From Bacteroidia bacterium (lineage in GTDB: Bacteria > Bacteroidota > Bacteroidia > NS11-12g > UBA9320): 64,000 nt of DNA. The translations under genes and the position numbers were made by a program. Below are positions 30,169-39,180 of the stretch, one piece after another; position 1 is the stretch's first letter, and each line of letters begins with the position of its first letter. The stretch is taken from contig JAEPQQ010000003.1 in NCBI GenBank assembly GCA_017640445.1, positions 42,543-106,542 on the forward strand, given 5' to 3'. The notes under the pieces are model-generated. The model was given only the letters and a program-made list of their open reading frames with translations, had not been told where the DNA came from and ran no database searches.

Positions 30169-31269
30169 ATGAAACTTCGAAAGATAACACAACTCCTAAC
30201 TGAAATAGCTCCTCTGAGTCTTCAGGAAAGCTATGACAATGCCGGATTGATTGTAGGAAAAAACAACTGGGAAATCTCTGGCATCCTCGTTTGCCTTGAT
30301 GCGACAGAAGAAGTACTGGACGAGGCGATGGAAAACAACTGCAATCTGGTGATAGCCCACCACCCGATTGTCTTTAAAGGCTTGAAACAATTCAATGGTA
30401 AGAATTACGTAGAACGTGTAGTGATCAAAGCCATCAAAAACGACATTGCGATTTATGCCATTCACACCAACCTCGACAATGTTCTTCATAATGGTGTGAA
30501 TCAAAAAATTGCTGAAAAGCTTGGACTTTCGGGGCTTGAAATTCTTCAACGCCGGCCGAGCGATCTCCTTAAACTGGTGACTTATGTTCCCAAAGACAAT
30601 CTGAAGGAAGTTCGTGAGGCGCTTTTTGATGCTGGAGGAGGTCACATTGGCAACTACGACAAGTGCAGTTTTTCGAGCATGGGTACAGGCACCTTCAGGG
30701 CCGGAGAAAATGCAGACCCTCACGTTGGAAAGAAAGGAAACATGCATCAGGAATCTGAATCCCGACTTGAATTGGTTTTACCAAGACACAAACAGGTCTC
30801 TGTGGTGAATGCGCTGCTCAAGGCTCATCCGTATGAAGAAGTAGCATACGACTTATTGGAGCTCCAGAACAAGTCGACTCTCACCGGTGCTGGTGTGGTT
30901 GGCGAGCTTCCGGAAGCACTGAAGAAGGATGACTTTTTGGCCCACCTTAAAACCAGCATGCAGGCTCATGTGGTGAAGTATACGCACAGCGAACGGGATG
31001 TGATCAAACGCGTTGCCGTTTGCGGGGGATCCGGAAGCTTCCTCATTCACGCCGCAAGAAGCTCAGGGGCAGACGCTTACGTCACGTCCGACATAAAATA
31101 TCACGAGTTCTTTGACGGAGAAAATGACTTGATGATATGCGACATCGGACATTATGAAAGTGAGCAATTTACAATCGAGTTATTAGGAGACTTTTTATCG
31201 GAAAAAATCCCTAATTTTGCAGTCATTTTCACGAAAACGGTTACAAACCCGGTTAGATATTTTTATTAA
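30169..31269 (+). CDS. Nif3-like dinuclear metal centre protein (YqfO/GTP cyclohydrolase 1 type 2 family)
   Basis: 'LVIAHHPIVFKGLK' and 'AIYAIHTNLD'. Start chosen at the internal ATG 'MKLRKITQLL'. Confidence 0.8.
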   Translation: MKLRKITQLLTEIAPLSLQESYDNAGLIVGKNNWEISGILVCLDATEEVLDEAMENNCNLVIAHHPIVFKGLKQFNGKNYVERVVIKAIKNDIAIYAIHTNLDNVLHNGVNQKIAEKLGLSGLEILQRRPSDLLKLVTYVPKDNLKEVREALFDAGGGHIGNYDKCSFSSMGTGTFRAGENADPHVGKKGNMHQESESRLELVLPRHKQVSVVNALLKAHPYEEVAYDLLELQNKSTLTGAGVVGELPEALKKDDFLAHLKTSMQAHVVKYTHSERDVIKRVAVCGGSGSFLIHAARSSGADAYVTSDIKYHEFFDGENDLMICDIGHYESEQFTIELLGDFLSEKIPNFAVIFTKTVTNPVRYFY

Positions 31270-31280
31270 AATATTCATTC

Positions 31281-32060
31281 ATGGCATCAATAGAAGAAAA
31301 ACTTCAAGGTTTATGGAATCTCCAAACCATCGATAAAAGACTAGACGACCTACAAGCTATTCGGGGAGAGCTTCCAATGGAAGTAGCAGATTTGGAAGAT
31401 GAGATTGCAGGTTTGCAAACACGTCTTGAAAACTTTGAACAAGAAATCACCGACTTTGAGTCTGGGATAACCGGTAACAAGGAAAAAATCAGCCAGGCAC
31501 AACAACTAAGCAAGCGTTACAACGAGCAGTTGAACAAAGTAAAAAACAACCGTGAGTACGATGCCTTGAATAAGGAAATTGAGATACAGGGACTTGAGGT
31601 GCTTGCCGCTGAGAAAAAGATTGGTGAACTTCAGAACAGCATTCAACTTAAAAAGGAACTGATCGAAGAAGTAAAACAAGATCTTGAAGGCCGTAACATT
31701 GATCTCGAAAACAAGAAAAAAGAGCTTGAAGAGATCACTTCTGAAACCGAAAAAGAAGAAGGAAAAATAGCCAAAGACCGTGACAAGGCGCTTAAAGTAG
31801 CAGACGACAAGTTACTCAAGGCGTACGAGCGAATCCGCAAAAGCGTTTTCAATGGTTTGGCAGTTGCTCCGGTATTAAGAGGTTCGTGTGGTGGTTGTTT
31901 CGCCAAGATTCCACCTCAGCTTCAATCTGACATTCGTCAACGTAAGAAAATCGTTATTTGCGAACACTGCGGTCGTATCAATGTGGATGCAGAGATGGCA
32001 GGAATTGTTGAAGAAGTGGTTGAAGAAAAGCCAAAATCAAGAAGAAGACGTAAGGCTTAA
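31281..32060 (+). CDS. Coiled-coil C4 zinc-ribbon protein (COG1579), the conserved partner of Nif3
   Basis: Long coiled coil plus 'CGGC...CEHCGRI' zinc ribbon. Confidence 0.7.
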   Translation: MASIEEKLQGLWNLQTIDKRLDDLQAIRGELPMEVADLEDEIAGLQTRLENFEQEITDFESGITGNKEKISQAQQLSKRYNEQLNKVKNNREYDALNKEIEIQGLEVLAAEKKIGELQNSIQLKKELIEEVKQDLEGRNIDLENKKKELEEITSETEKEEGKIAKDRDKALKVADDKLLKAYERIRKSVFNGLAVAPVLRGSCGGCFAKIPPQLQSDIRQRKKIVICEHCGRINVDAEMAGIVEEVVEEKPKSRRRRKA

Positions 32061-32120
32061 TAACATCCGCCTTTTACCTTTTTTATCTTTTCCTAATGGA
32101 CAAGTAATACTTTTGTCCTG

Positions 32121-33614
32121 ATGCGTTTCTTAAAACACGCTTTATTTTTCGTTTCTCTGTTTGCGTTGGTTACCAATGGTACCGCCCAAACGATTGACTT
32201 CTCACCATCGTGCCTTCAGGCACAGGAATACATCTATCAACTTCGGTTGAAAGAAAGTTCCACGCTTTTGGAGAAAGCCTCAGTTGAAGAAAAAGATAAT
32301 GTTGTAGTCGACTACCTAAAAGTAGTGTCATCCATGTTGGACTATGTTACCTCAGAGAACAATTCAACGTTCATTCGATTTATGGTTGTTCGGGATTTGG
32401 CCATTGACCGCATCAAAAAATGTGATGACCACAACGGATACAAAGACTTCCTTCTGGAGGAAATCTATTTCTACTCTTCGGTGGCCAATGGAAAAAAGAA
32501 CAAGGCGGTTGCAGCAGCGAATGACGTACGAAATGCCTACAACCATGGCAGTGCGGTATTAAAGAACTACCCATCTTTTACCGCCGCAAAAAAAACCATG
32601 GGCCTGCTTCAGTCTGGGTTCGGAAGCTTACCTAATTCGTATCAGAGAATGGTTCGGTTTCTTGGCTATGAGAGCAATATGAATCAAGGAATCGGTATGC
32701 TGGAGGACTTTATAAATGACAAAAATGTTCCCGACGAATGGTCACTCATGCAAAAAGAGGCCGCCTTCTACCTGGCTTCCATCAATTTGTATTTAAAGAA
32801 TGACAAAACCACGGCCTGGAATCAAATAAACGCCCTAACCTCCGACTATCGAAGTAATCCACTGAGTGCCTTTGCCCGCGTAAACTTTGCCGACAAATGC
32901 AAAAAAAACGAGGAAGTAATCAAGACCATTCGCGGGCTACCCACTGACAACCGATATCAAACCATTCCTTTCTTATGGTTTATGATGGGTAAAGCCAAAC
33001 TTCAACGACTCGACAAAGATGCCAACTCTTATTTGACGCGCTTCGTAAACGAAACCGAAGGTGAGAGCTATTTAAAAAGTTGCTATCAGAAACTCTCCTG
33101 GCACGCACTGATCCAAGGCAACGAAGCCAAGTACAAGGAATACAAGTCCAAGATTCTTTCGTGCGGAAGCACCGGACTTGAGGAAGATGCTCAAGCACAA
33201 AAGTTTGCTAAAGAAGTGCAGGCACCGAACCTACAGCTTCTAAAAACCCGTATGTTGTATGATGGAGGATATTACAAACTCGCATTGGACATTATACGTC
33301 CTCTTAAATCCAGGAACTTCGAAACCAATATCCTCAAAACGGAGTATTCATATCGAAAAGCGAGGATATACGATGCCCTTGGAAGGGAAGACATCGCCAC
33401 CGCCTTTTACAAAGGGGCAATTGAGAGAGGAAAGACATTGAATGCCTATTATGCATCGTACTCTGCTCTTTATCTGGCAGAGATGTACGAAAGCAATGAA
33501 CAAATTAACGAGGCCAGGCATTACTTTAAAATGGCCACAACGTTCTCTGCCAATAAACAATATAAAAAAAGCATCGAACACAGGGCCAAAAGTGGGTTAA
33601 ACCGCACTAAATAG
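32121..33614 (+). CDS. Secreted hypothetical protein, helical/TPR-like
   Basis: Signal peptide 'FFVSLFALVTNGTAQ'. No catalytic motifs. Confidence 0.4.
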   Translation: MRFLKHALFFVSLFALVTNGTAQTIDFSPSCLQAQEYIYQLRLKESSTLLEKASVEEKDNVVVDYLKVVSSMLDYVTSENNSTFIRFMVVRDLAIDRIKKCDDHNGYKDFLLEEIYFYSSVANGKKNKAVAAANDVRNAYNHGSAVLKNYPSFTAAKKTMGLLQSGFGSLPNSYQRMVRFLGYESNMNQGIGMLEDFINDKNVPDEWSLMQKEAAFYLASINLYLKNDKTTAWNQINALTSDYRSNPLSAFARVNFADKCKKNEEVIKTIRGLPTDNRYQTIPFLWFMMGKAKLQRLDKDANSYLTRFVNETEGESYLKSCYQKLSWHALIQGNEAKYKEYKSKILSCGSTGLEEDAQAQKFAKEVQAPNLQLLKTRMLYDGGYYKLALDIIRPLKSRNFETNILKTEYSYRKARIYDALGREDIATAFYKGAIERGKTLNAYYASYSALYLAEMYESNEQINEARHYFKMATTFSANKQYKKSIEHRAKSGLNRTK

Positions 33615-33644
33615 GTTTCATAATTCTACCTTATTTTTGACGAC

Positions 33645-34205
33645 TTGAACATCACACGAGTACTTCTGGTTATAATGGTTATTTCGGGATGTTCGCGGCA
33701 GCCTTCACTTCCGGGAAACACCTCAACATTTGTCGATATAAGTGAATTTACTTCCTCCGAACTAAACTGGCTTACATCGGAACAACCAGACTTATTAAAA
33801 CGGTCTAACTGGCAAGGTACCTCGAAAACGGACACATTGAACCATGTTGACTGGGAAAAAGAGCTATACCCTTTTCTGGAACTGAACATAAAACCAACGG
33901 TGTGGAGCACTGATTTCACGTTGTCTGACTCTATGGTTTTTGACAACAAGATCATTCGAACCTATCGAACCACCAACCCGCGGCAAAGAGTAAAAGAGTT
34001 TCAGATCACCACCTTGATGGCCGATGGGTCGATCGAACGGCTGGAAGCTACCATCGAGGACCATACCCGCCTTACTTCCTCAAACCAACAAATCAGTCTT
34101 ACCCGTGGTGTAGGCTACAGTTTAGCCGGGCTTCGAAAAACGAAAATGCTCGGAAATGAAGATTACCAACTAATCGGACAATATCTAACAAAAAACAACG
34201 ACTAA
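33645..34205 (+). CDS. Hypothetical lipoprotein
   Basis: Lipobox 'VISGCSRQ'. Codirectional with its neighbours, so preferred over the antisense ORF 33626..33955. Confidence 0.4.
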   Translation: MNITRVLLVIMVISGCSRQPSLPGNTSTFVDISEFTSSELNWLTSEQPDLLKRSNWQGTSKTDTLNHVDWEKELYPFLELNIKPTVWSTDFTLSDSMVFDNKIIRTYRTTNPRQRVKEFQITTLMADGSIERLEATIEDHTRLTSSNQQISLTRGVGYSLAGLRKTKMLGNEDYQLIGQYLTKNND

Positions 34206-34220
34206 TAATAGATTATCACA

Positions 34221-35102
34221 ATGACAAAGGCTTACGTTTTTCCTGGACAAGGAGCGCAATTCCCGGGAATGGGAAAAGAACTTTACGAATCGAATGCAGA
34301 GGCTAAGGCTTTATTCGAACAGGCCAATGCTATACTTGGTTTTGACATTACCGATGTTATGTTTAACGGAACACCGGAAGATCTGAAGCAAACCAAGATT
34401 ACCCAACCCGCTGTTTTTCTTCATTCGGTTGTATTGGCCAAGACCATGGATGATTTCGAACCTGCCATGGTGGCGGGCCACTCACTTGGAGAGATTTCGG
34501 CTCTGGTTGCGGCTGACGCATTGAGCTTTGAGGATGGACTTAAGCTGGTAAGTATACGAGCCATGGCTATGCAAAAAGCCTGTGAACAAAATCCTTCTAC
34601 CATGGCGGCCATTCTGGGCCTTGACGACGCAGTTGTGGAAGAAACTTGTAATGGTATATCCGCCGAAACAGTGGTTGCAGCGAATTACAACTGCCCTGGT
34701 CAATTGGTCATCTCTGGCAGCAATGAAGGAGTAAAACAGGCTTGTGAGCTTCTGCTTGAAAAAGGTGCCAAGCGTGCACTCCCCCTTCCTGTGGGTGGCG
34801 CTTTCCATTCACCCTTAATGGAACCAGCACGGGAAGAACTGGCCGAAGCCATTGCAAAAGCTACTTTCAATACGCCTAAATGTCCTGTTTATCAAAACGT
34901 ATCAACGCAAGGAGAAACAGACCCTCAAACGATCAAAGACAATTTGGTTGCACAGTTAACGGCCCCTGTTAAATGGACCCAAAGTGTACAGAACATGATG
35001 GCAGCTGGTGCTACCAAGTTTGTTGAAGTTGGTCCGGGTCGCGCTTTGCAAGGCATGGTAAAGAAGATCGACCGTGCAACTCAAGTAAGCGGTATTAGCT
35101 AG
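34221..35102 (+). CDS. fabD: ACP S-malonyltransferase
   Basis: 'FPGQGAQFPGMG' and the active-site 'GHSLGE'. Confidence 0.9.
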   Translation: MTKAYVFPGQGAQFPGMGKELYESNAEAKALFEQANAILGFDITDVMFNGTPEDLKQTKITQPAVFLHSVVLAKTMDDFEPAMVAGHSLGEISALVAADALSFEDGLKLVSIRAMAMQKACEQNPSTMAAILGLDDAVVEETCNGISAETVVAANYNCPGQLVISGSNEGVKQACELLLEKGAKRALPLPVGGAFHSPLMEPAREELAEAIAKATFNTPKCPVYQNVSTQGETDPQTIKDNLVAQLTAPVKWTQSVQNMMAAGATKFVEVGPGRALQGMVKKIDRATQVSGIS

Positions 35103-35105
35103 GGT

Positions 35106-35747
35106 TTACAGAACACCAAATACTTCGTTCCAGGCGTGCCTTCCCAAAACGGTGTAAAAAAAGAAGGCACCTAACCATCCGTGATACACGCCCATCACTA
35201 CAAGGTTACGTCCTTGGTGAAACAGGTGGGTATATACCAATGCGAGAAGGAAGGTACCGTAAACGAGGTGGATGTAAGGGTAATGTGCCACTGCAAAAAT
35301 GACGGCGGTTAGCAGTACCACTAGCACATGGGGCACCTTTTGGTTTCGAAGACCGCTGGAAAGGATGCCGATTACTATGAATTGTTGAACAATTCCCCAA
35401 ATCGGATAGATTAGAAGAATCGGGATTATTGTCCAATCCACCATCAGGGTGTTTTGATAGTGGCCAATGATGAAAAAAATTCCAATGGCTAAAACAGCTA
35501 TTGGAAGAAGCTGAAGGAAGGTTCGCTTCGCTCCCTTGAGGTGCAGCCCCCATTGCTCCAACATACCCGGTGTTTTAGTTGTGCGAATGGCTACGTATAC
35601 GATCCAGAAAATACAGGCAGATGCGATGTAAACGAATCGCAAATCCAGCCAATCCATCAATATAAACTTGGCTATGCCGGTGAGAACAACGGCGAGGATC
35701 TCTATTCGTTCTGATTTGCTGGTAGCATTATTTGTAGCAGCACCCAT
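35106..35747 (-). CDS. CPBP (CAAX protease/Abi)-like intramembrane protein with a degenerate motif 1
   Basis: FxxxH 'FAVAH' and HxxxN 'HQGRN' are present, but the EExxxR position reads 'QQFIVIG'. Confidence 0.4.
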   Translation of the reverse strand: MGAATNNATSKSERIEILAVVLTGIAKFILMDWLDLRFVYIASACIFWIVYVAIRTTKTPGMLEQWGLHLKGAKRTFLQLLPIAVLAIGIFFIIGHYQNTLMVDWTIIPILLIYPIWGIVQQFIVIGILSSGLRNQKVPHVLVVLLTAVIFAVAHYPYIHLVYGTFLLALVYTHLFHQGRNLVVMGVYHGWLGAFFFYTVLGRHAWNEVFGVL

Positions 35748-35756
35748 CCACCAATC

Positions 35757-36038
35757 TTATTCCTCCTTGAGTAGAAACAAGTCTTCATTAGGGCGTTTCA
35801 TTAGAAACTGCTCCCGGGCGTATCGCTCGAGCATTTCTTCATCGGTATTCAGCGCTTCACGCTGTTCTTTCAGCAATTGAATCTCCTTTTCGTAAAAGGT
35901 CTTTTCCTTTTCAAGCTCTTCAATTTGCTTTCCAAGTTTATACTGATATACGAAGTTGTTTTGGTCAAAAAACGTAAGCCAGATGGCCAGGGCTGCGAAA
36001 ACCAGCACATATCTGTTTTTATACCACGGACTTGACAT
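35757..36038 (-). CDS. Septum formation initiator (FtsB/DivIC-like) small bitopic coiled-coil protein
   Basis: 93 aa. N-terminal TM 'VLVFAALAIWLTFF' followed by a heptad coiled coil. Confidence 0.6.
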   Translation of the reverse strand: MSSPWYKNRYVLVFAALAIWLTFFDQNNFVYQYKLGKQIEELEKEKTFYEKEIQLLKEQREALNTDEEMLERYAREQFLMKRPNEDLFLLKEE

Positions 36039-36104
36039 AGAACAAAGTTAATGGAAGTTGGTTGTTCGTTTACACTGGGTAATGAACACGAACAAAAAAA
36101 TGTC

Positions 36105-37637
36105 CTATTGCGGTGAAACCAGGGATGTAGAAGCAGATTCCATTCGGTTCACTACTCTTTCCTGACCCAACAGCTCAATCATTTCCCAGATGGGAGGACC
36201 TCCGGCTTTTCCACTCACAGAAAGTCTTAAAGGCTGCATTAACCCTCCTGGCGACACCTCATTCTCTTCAGCAAAAGCTTTAAAGCTTGACTCAAGTGAC
36301 TCCGCGTTAAACGATGTCAAATCCTTCCAGGTGGAAGCCAGTTTTCCGATCAAAGCAGGAATTTCACCTTTCCACTTTTTACGGAGTACTTTCTCATCGT
36401 AATTGGTTGGCTCGGTAAAGAAAAAATCGCCAGCTTCCAGTATCTCGTGTGTAAAGTTGACTTTTTCCTTGATCAGATTTACAACCGAAGTAGTGTATTC
36501 GGTGTCGTTCTTCCAACCTCTTCTTTCCAACTCCGGAGCCAGGTCGTTCGCAATTACCTCGTTGTTTTTTGCTTGTAAATAGCGGTTATTGAACCACTTT
36601 GCTTTGTCTGCGTCAAACTTTGCACCGCTCTTAGAAACTTTTTCAATGCTAAACGCCTCTATCAATTCGGTAAGGTCGAATAATTCCCGATTATCAGACG
36701 GATGCCATCCAAGCAGGGCCAACATATTAAGAACCGCTTCTGGCAGGTATCCATCTTCCCTGTAACCCGAACTTATTTCTCCCGATGCAGGATCGGTCCA
36801 CTGCAGAGGAAAAACGGGAAAGCCCAATCGGTCGCCATCTCGTTTACTTAATTTACCTTTTCCATCAGGCTTCAGCAACAATGAAAGGTGGGCAAACTTG
36901 GGCATGGTTTCTTCCCATCCAAGGTATCGATATAAAAGTACGTGCAGGGGTGCAGAAGGAAGCCACTCCTCTCCTCGAATAACGTGTGAGATTTCCATGA
37001 TGTGATCATCTACAACGTTCGCCAGGTGATAGGTTGGCAGGCCATCTTGTTTCAACAAAACCTTGTCATCCATCTGGCTGGTATGCACCACTACCCATCC
37101 TCTCACCTCATCGTGAAAGCGAACTTCTTCTTTCCGTGGCAGTTTGATTCTTACCACATAAGGGTCTCCGTTATCGAGTCGTTTTTGTACTTCATCCTCA
37201 CTTAAACTCAACGAGTTCTTCATACTCATCCTCGAACTTGCATCGTACTTAGCCGGCATTCGCGCAGCTTCTAACTTTGCTCGCATTTCGTTCAACTCGT
37301 CGCTGGTATCAAATGCATAATACGCGTATCCAGATGCGATCAATTGATCAGCATACTGTTTGTACATGTCCATTCGCTCACTTTGTCGATAGGGCGTATG
37401 ATCTCCACCCTCACGAACTCCTTCATTGGGGCTAATGCCTAACCAGGCAAGAGCTTCGTTAATGTAATCTTCTGCTCCGGGCACAAACCTTTTTTGGTCG
37501 GTATCCTCAATACGAAGGATAAAATCGCCACCGTGTTTCTTGGCAAACAGGTAGTTAAACAGGGCCGTGCGCACTCCTCCAATGTGGAGTGGGCCTGTAG
37601 GGCTTGGGGCAAATCGAACGCGTACTTTTCTTTCCAT
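36105..37637 (-). CDS. gltX: Glutamate--tRNA ligase
   Basis: 'RFAPSPTGPLHIGGVRTALFNYLFAKKHGG' HIGH region and 'KLSKR' KMSKS. Confidence 0.95.
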   Translation of the reverse strand: MERKVRVRFAPSPTGPLHIGGVRTALFNYLFAKKHGGDFILRIEDTDQKRFVPGAEDYINEALAWLGISPNEGVREGGDHTPYRQSERMDMYKQYADQLIASGYAYYAFDTSDELNEMRAKLEAARMPAKYDASSRMSMKNSLSLSEDEVQKRLDNGDPYVVRIKLPRKEEVRFHDEVRGWVVVHTSQMDDKVLLKQDGLPTYHLANVVDDHIMEISHVIRGEEWLPSAPLHVLLYRYLGWEETMPKFAHLSLLLKPDGKGKLSKRDGDRLGFPVFPLQWTDPASGEISSGYREDGYLPEAVLNMLALLGWHPSDNRELFDLTELIEAFSIEKVSKSGAKFDADKAKWFNNRYLQAKNNEVIANDLAPELERRGWKNDTEYTTSVVNLIKEKVNFTHEILEAGDFFFTEPTNYDEKVLRKKWKGEIPALIGKLASTWKDLTSFNAESLESSFKAFAEENEVSPGGLMQPLRLSVSGKAGGPPIWEMIELLGQERVVNRMESASTSLVSPQ

Positions 37638-37742
37638 GTGTAAAAAACAGGCGCAAAGATAGTGGATTGGCCTTGTCTGAGAAAAGCATTCTTCAGCTGT
37701 AAAATCCAGAAATTTTATACCTTTGTTTTGGTCAACACCTCT

Positions 37743-39005
37743 ATGGAATACCCCTATCTGGTTATTTTATTCATGCTGCTTCTGTCAGCATTCTTTTCAG
37801 GCTTGGAAATTGCCTTTTTATCTGCCAATAAACTTCGGATCGAGCTTAAGAGCAATCAGGGGGTCGGATGGGCTAAAATATGTGCGCGATACATAAAAGC
37901 GCCTTCCAAGTTCATCAGTACAATTCTGGTTGGGAACAACATTGCCATTGTTATTTATGGTTTGGCCATGGAACAGGTCTTACGGGAAAGTCTTTTAGAC
38001 GGGCTCGGATTAAAAGACTTTGGCGAAATGATACTGGTGACTCTGGCTTCCACACTAGTGGTTTTAGTTATCGCCGAATTCATGCCAAAAACCCTGTTTA
38101 GGATCAATCCAACCGGCATTCTGAGTATCCTCATATACCCATTTCAATTCTTCGCAAAACTTTTATACCCGGTGGTTCGATTTGCCTTGTGGTTGGCTAA
38201 GCGCATCCTTCGAGTTGTGCTAAAAAAAGAGTTTACCGAAGAGAGTCCAACCTTCAGTCGACTCGACCTGGATCACTACATCACGGAAAGTCAAAAACAC
38301 AAAAACGAAGACGATCGCGACGTAGATACAGACATTCTGAAAAATGCGCTCGATTTTGGTTCGGTTCAGATTCGTGACTGTATGGTTCCAAGAACGGCTA
38401 TAAAGGCGGTTGACCTGGAGTGTACTGTAGATGAATTACTTGCCATTTTTATGGAAACCGGCCATAGCAAGATTCTGGTGTACCGCGAAACCATAGACAA
38501 CATTATTGGATACGTTCACCACATAGACCTGTTTAAAGAACCTAAAACGGTAAGTTCCATCCTGATCCCGATTCTGATCACAAACGAATCGAAGTTAGCC
38601 AACGATATGCTCAACGATTTCACCATCAATCGGAAAAGCATTGCAGTAGTGGTAGACGAGTTTGGTGGAACTGCGGGAATCGTAACAGCCGAAGACATCA
38701 TTGAGGAAATTTTCGGGGAAATTGAAGATGAGCACGACGATCATGATAATACGGTAGAACGTAAAATTAGTGATCTGGAATACGAACTCTCCGCCTCTCT
38801 TGAAGTGGATTATCTGAACGAAAAGTACAACTTAAACCTGCCGGAAGGTGATTACGAGACTCTTGGGGGTTACATCATCAACCAACACGAAAGCATACCG
38901 GAAGAGGGAGACACCATTGACCTCGGTCGCTTTGTGTTTACCATTCTCCACTCCATGAACCACCGTATAGAAACGGTACATCTCAAGATTGACACCAGCG
39001 AATAG
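37743..39005 (+). CDS. CNNM/DUF21 - CBS pair - CorC_HlyC transporter-associated protein (hemolysin family, GldE-like)
   Basis: 4-TM DUF21 N-terminus, CBS pair, and C-terminal CorC_HlyC. Start chosen at the internal ATG 'MEYPYLVIL'. Confidence 0.75.
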   Translation: MEYPYLVILFMLLLSAFFSGLEIAFLSANKLRIELKSNQGVGWAKICARYIKAPSKFISTILVGNNIAIVIYGLAMEQVLRESLLDGLGLKDFGEMILVTLASTLVVLVIAEFMPKTLFRINPTGILSILIYPFQFFAKLLYPVVRFALWLAKRILRVVLKKEFTEESPTFSRLDLDHYITESQKHKNEDDRDVDTDILKNALDFGSVQIRDCMVPRTAIKAVDLECTVDELLAIFMETGHSKILVYRETIDNIIGYVHHIDLFKEPKTVSSILIPILITNESKLANDMLNDFTINRKSIAVVVDEFGGTAGIVTAEDIIEEIFGEIEDEHDDHDNTVERKISDLEYELSASLEVDYLNEKYNLNLPEGDYETLGGYIINQHESIPEEGDTIDLGRFVFTILHSMNHRIETVHLKIDTSE

Positions 39006-39180
39006 CCTTTCGTCGAGTATTTCCTTTGACTTTGGCTATTATCGACTAAGATCCCCACAACCAGCAGGTTAACTCTTAAAACCATTCGCATAGAAAGTCG
39101 AACTCTTTGACATAAACAAGTCAATTTCTATTAACGATACAACGTCGGCATACGTTTTAGCTATCTTAGTAGCGACCCAC

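Noticed and set aside
33626-33955. Minus-strand 109 aa ORF overlapping the lipoprotein gene
   Set aside because: The plus-strand ORF has a lipobox and continues the codirectional gene series. The minus-strand ORF has no features.
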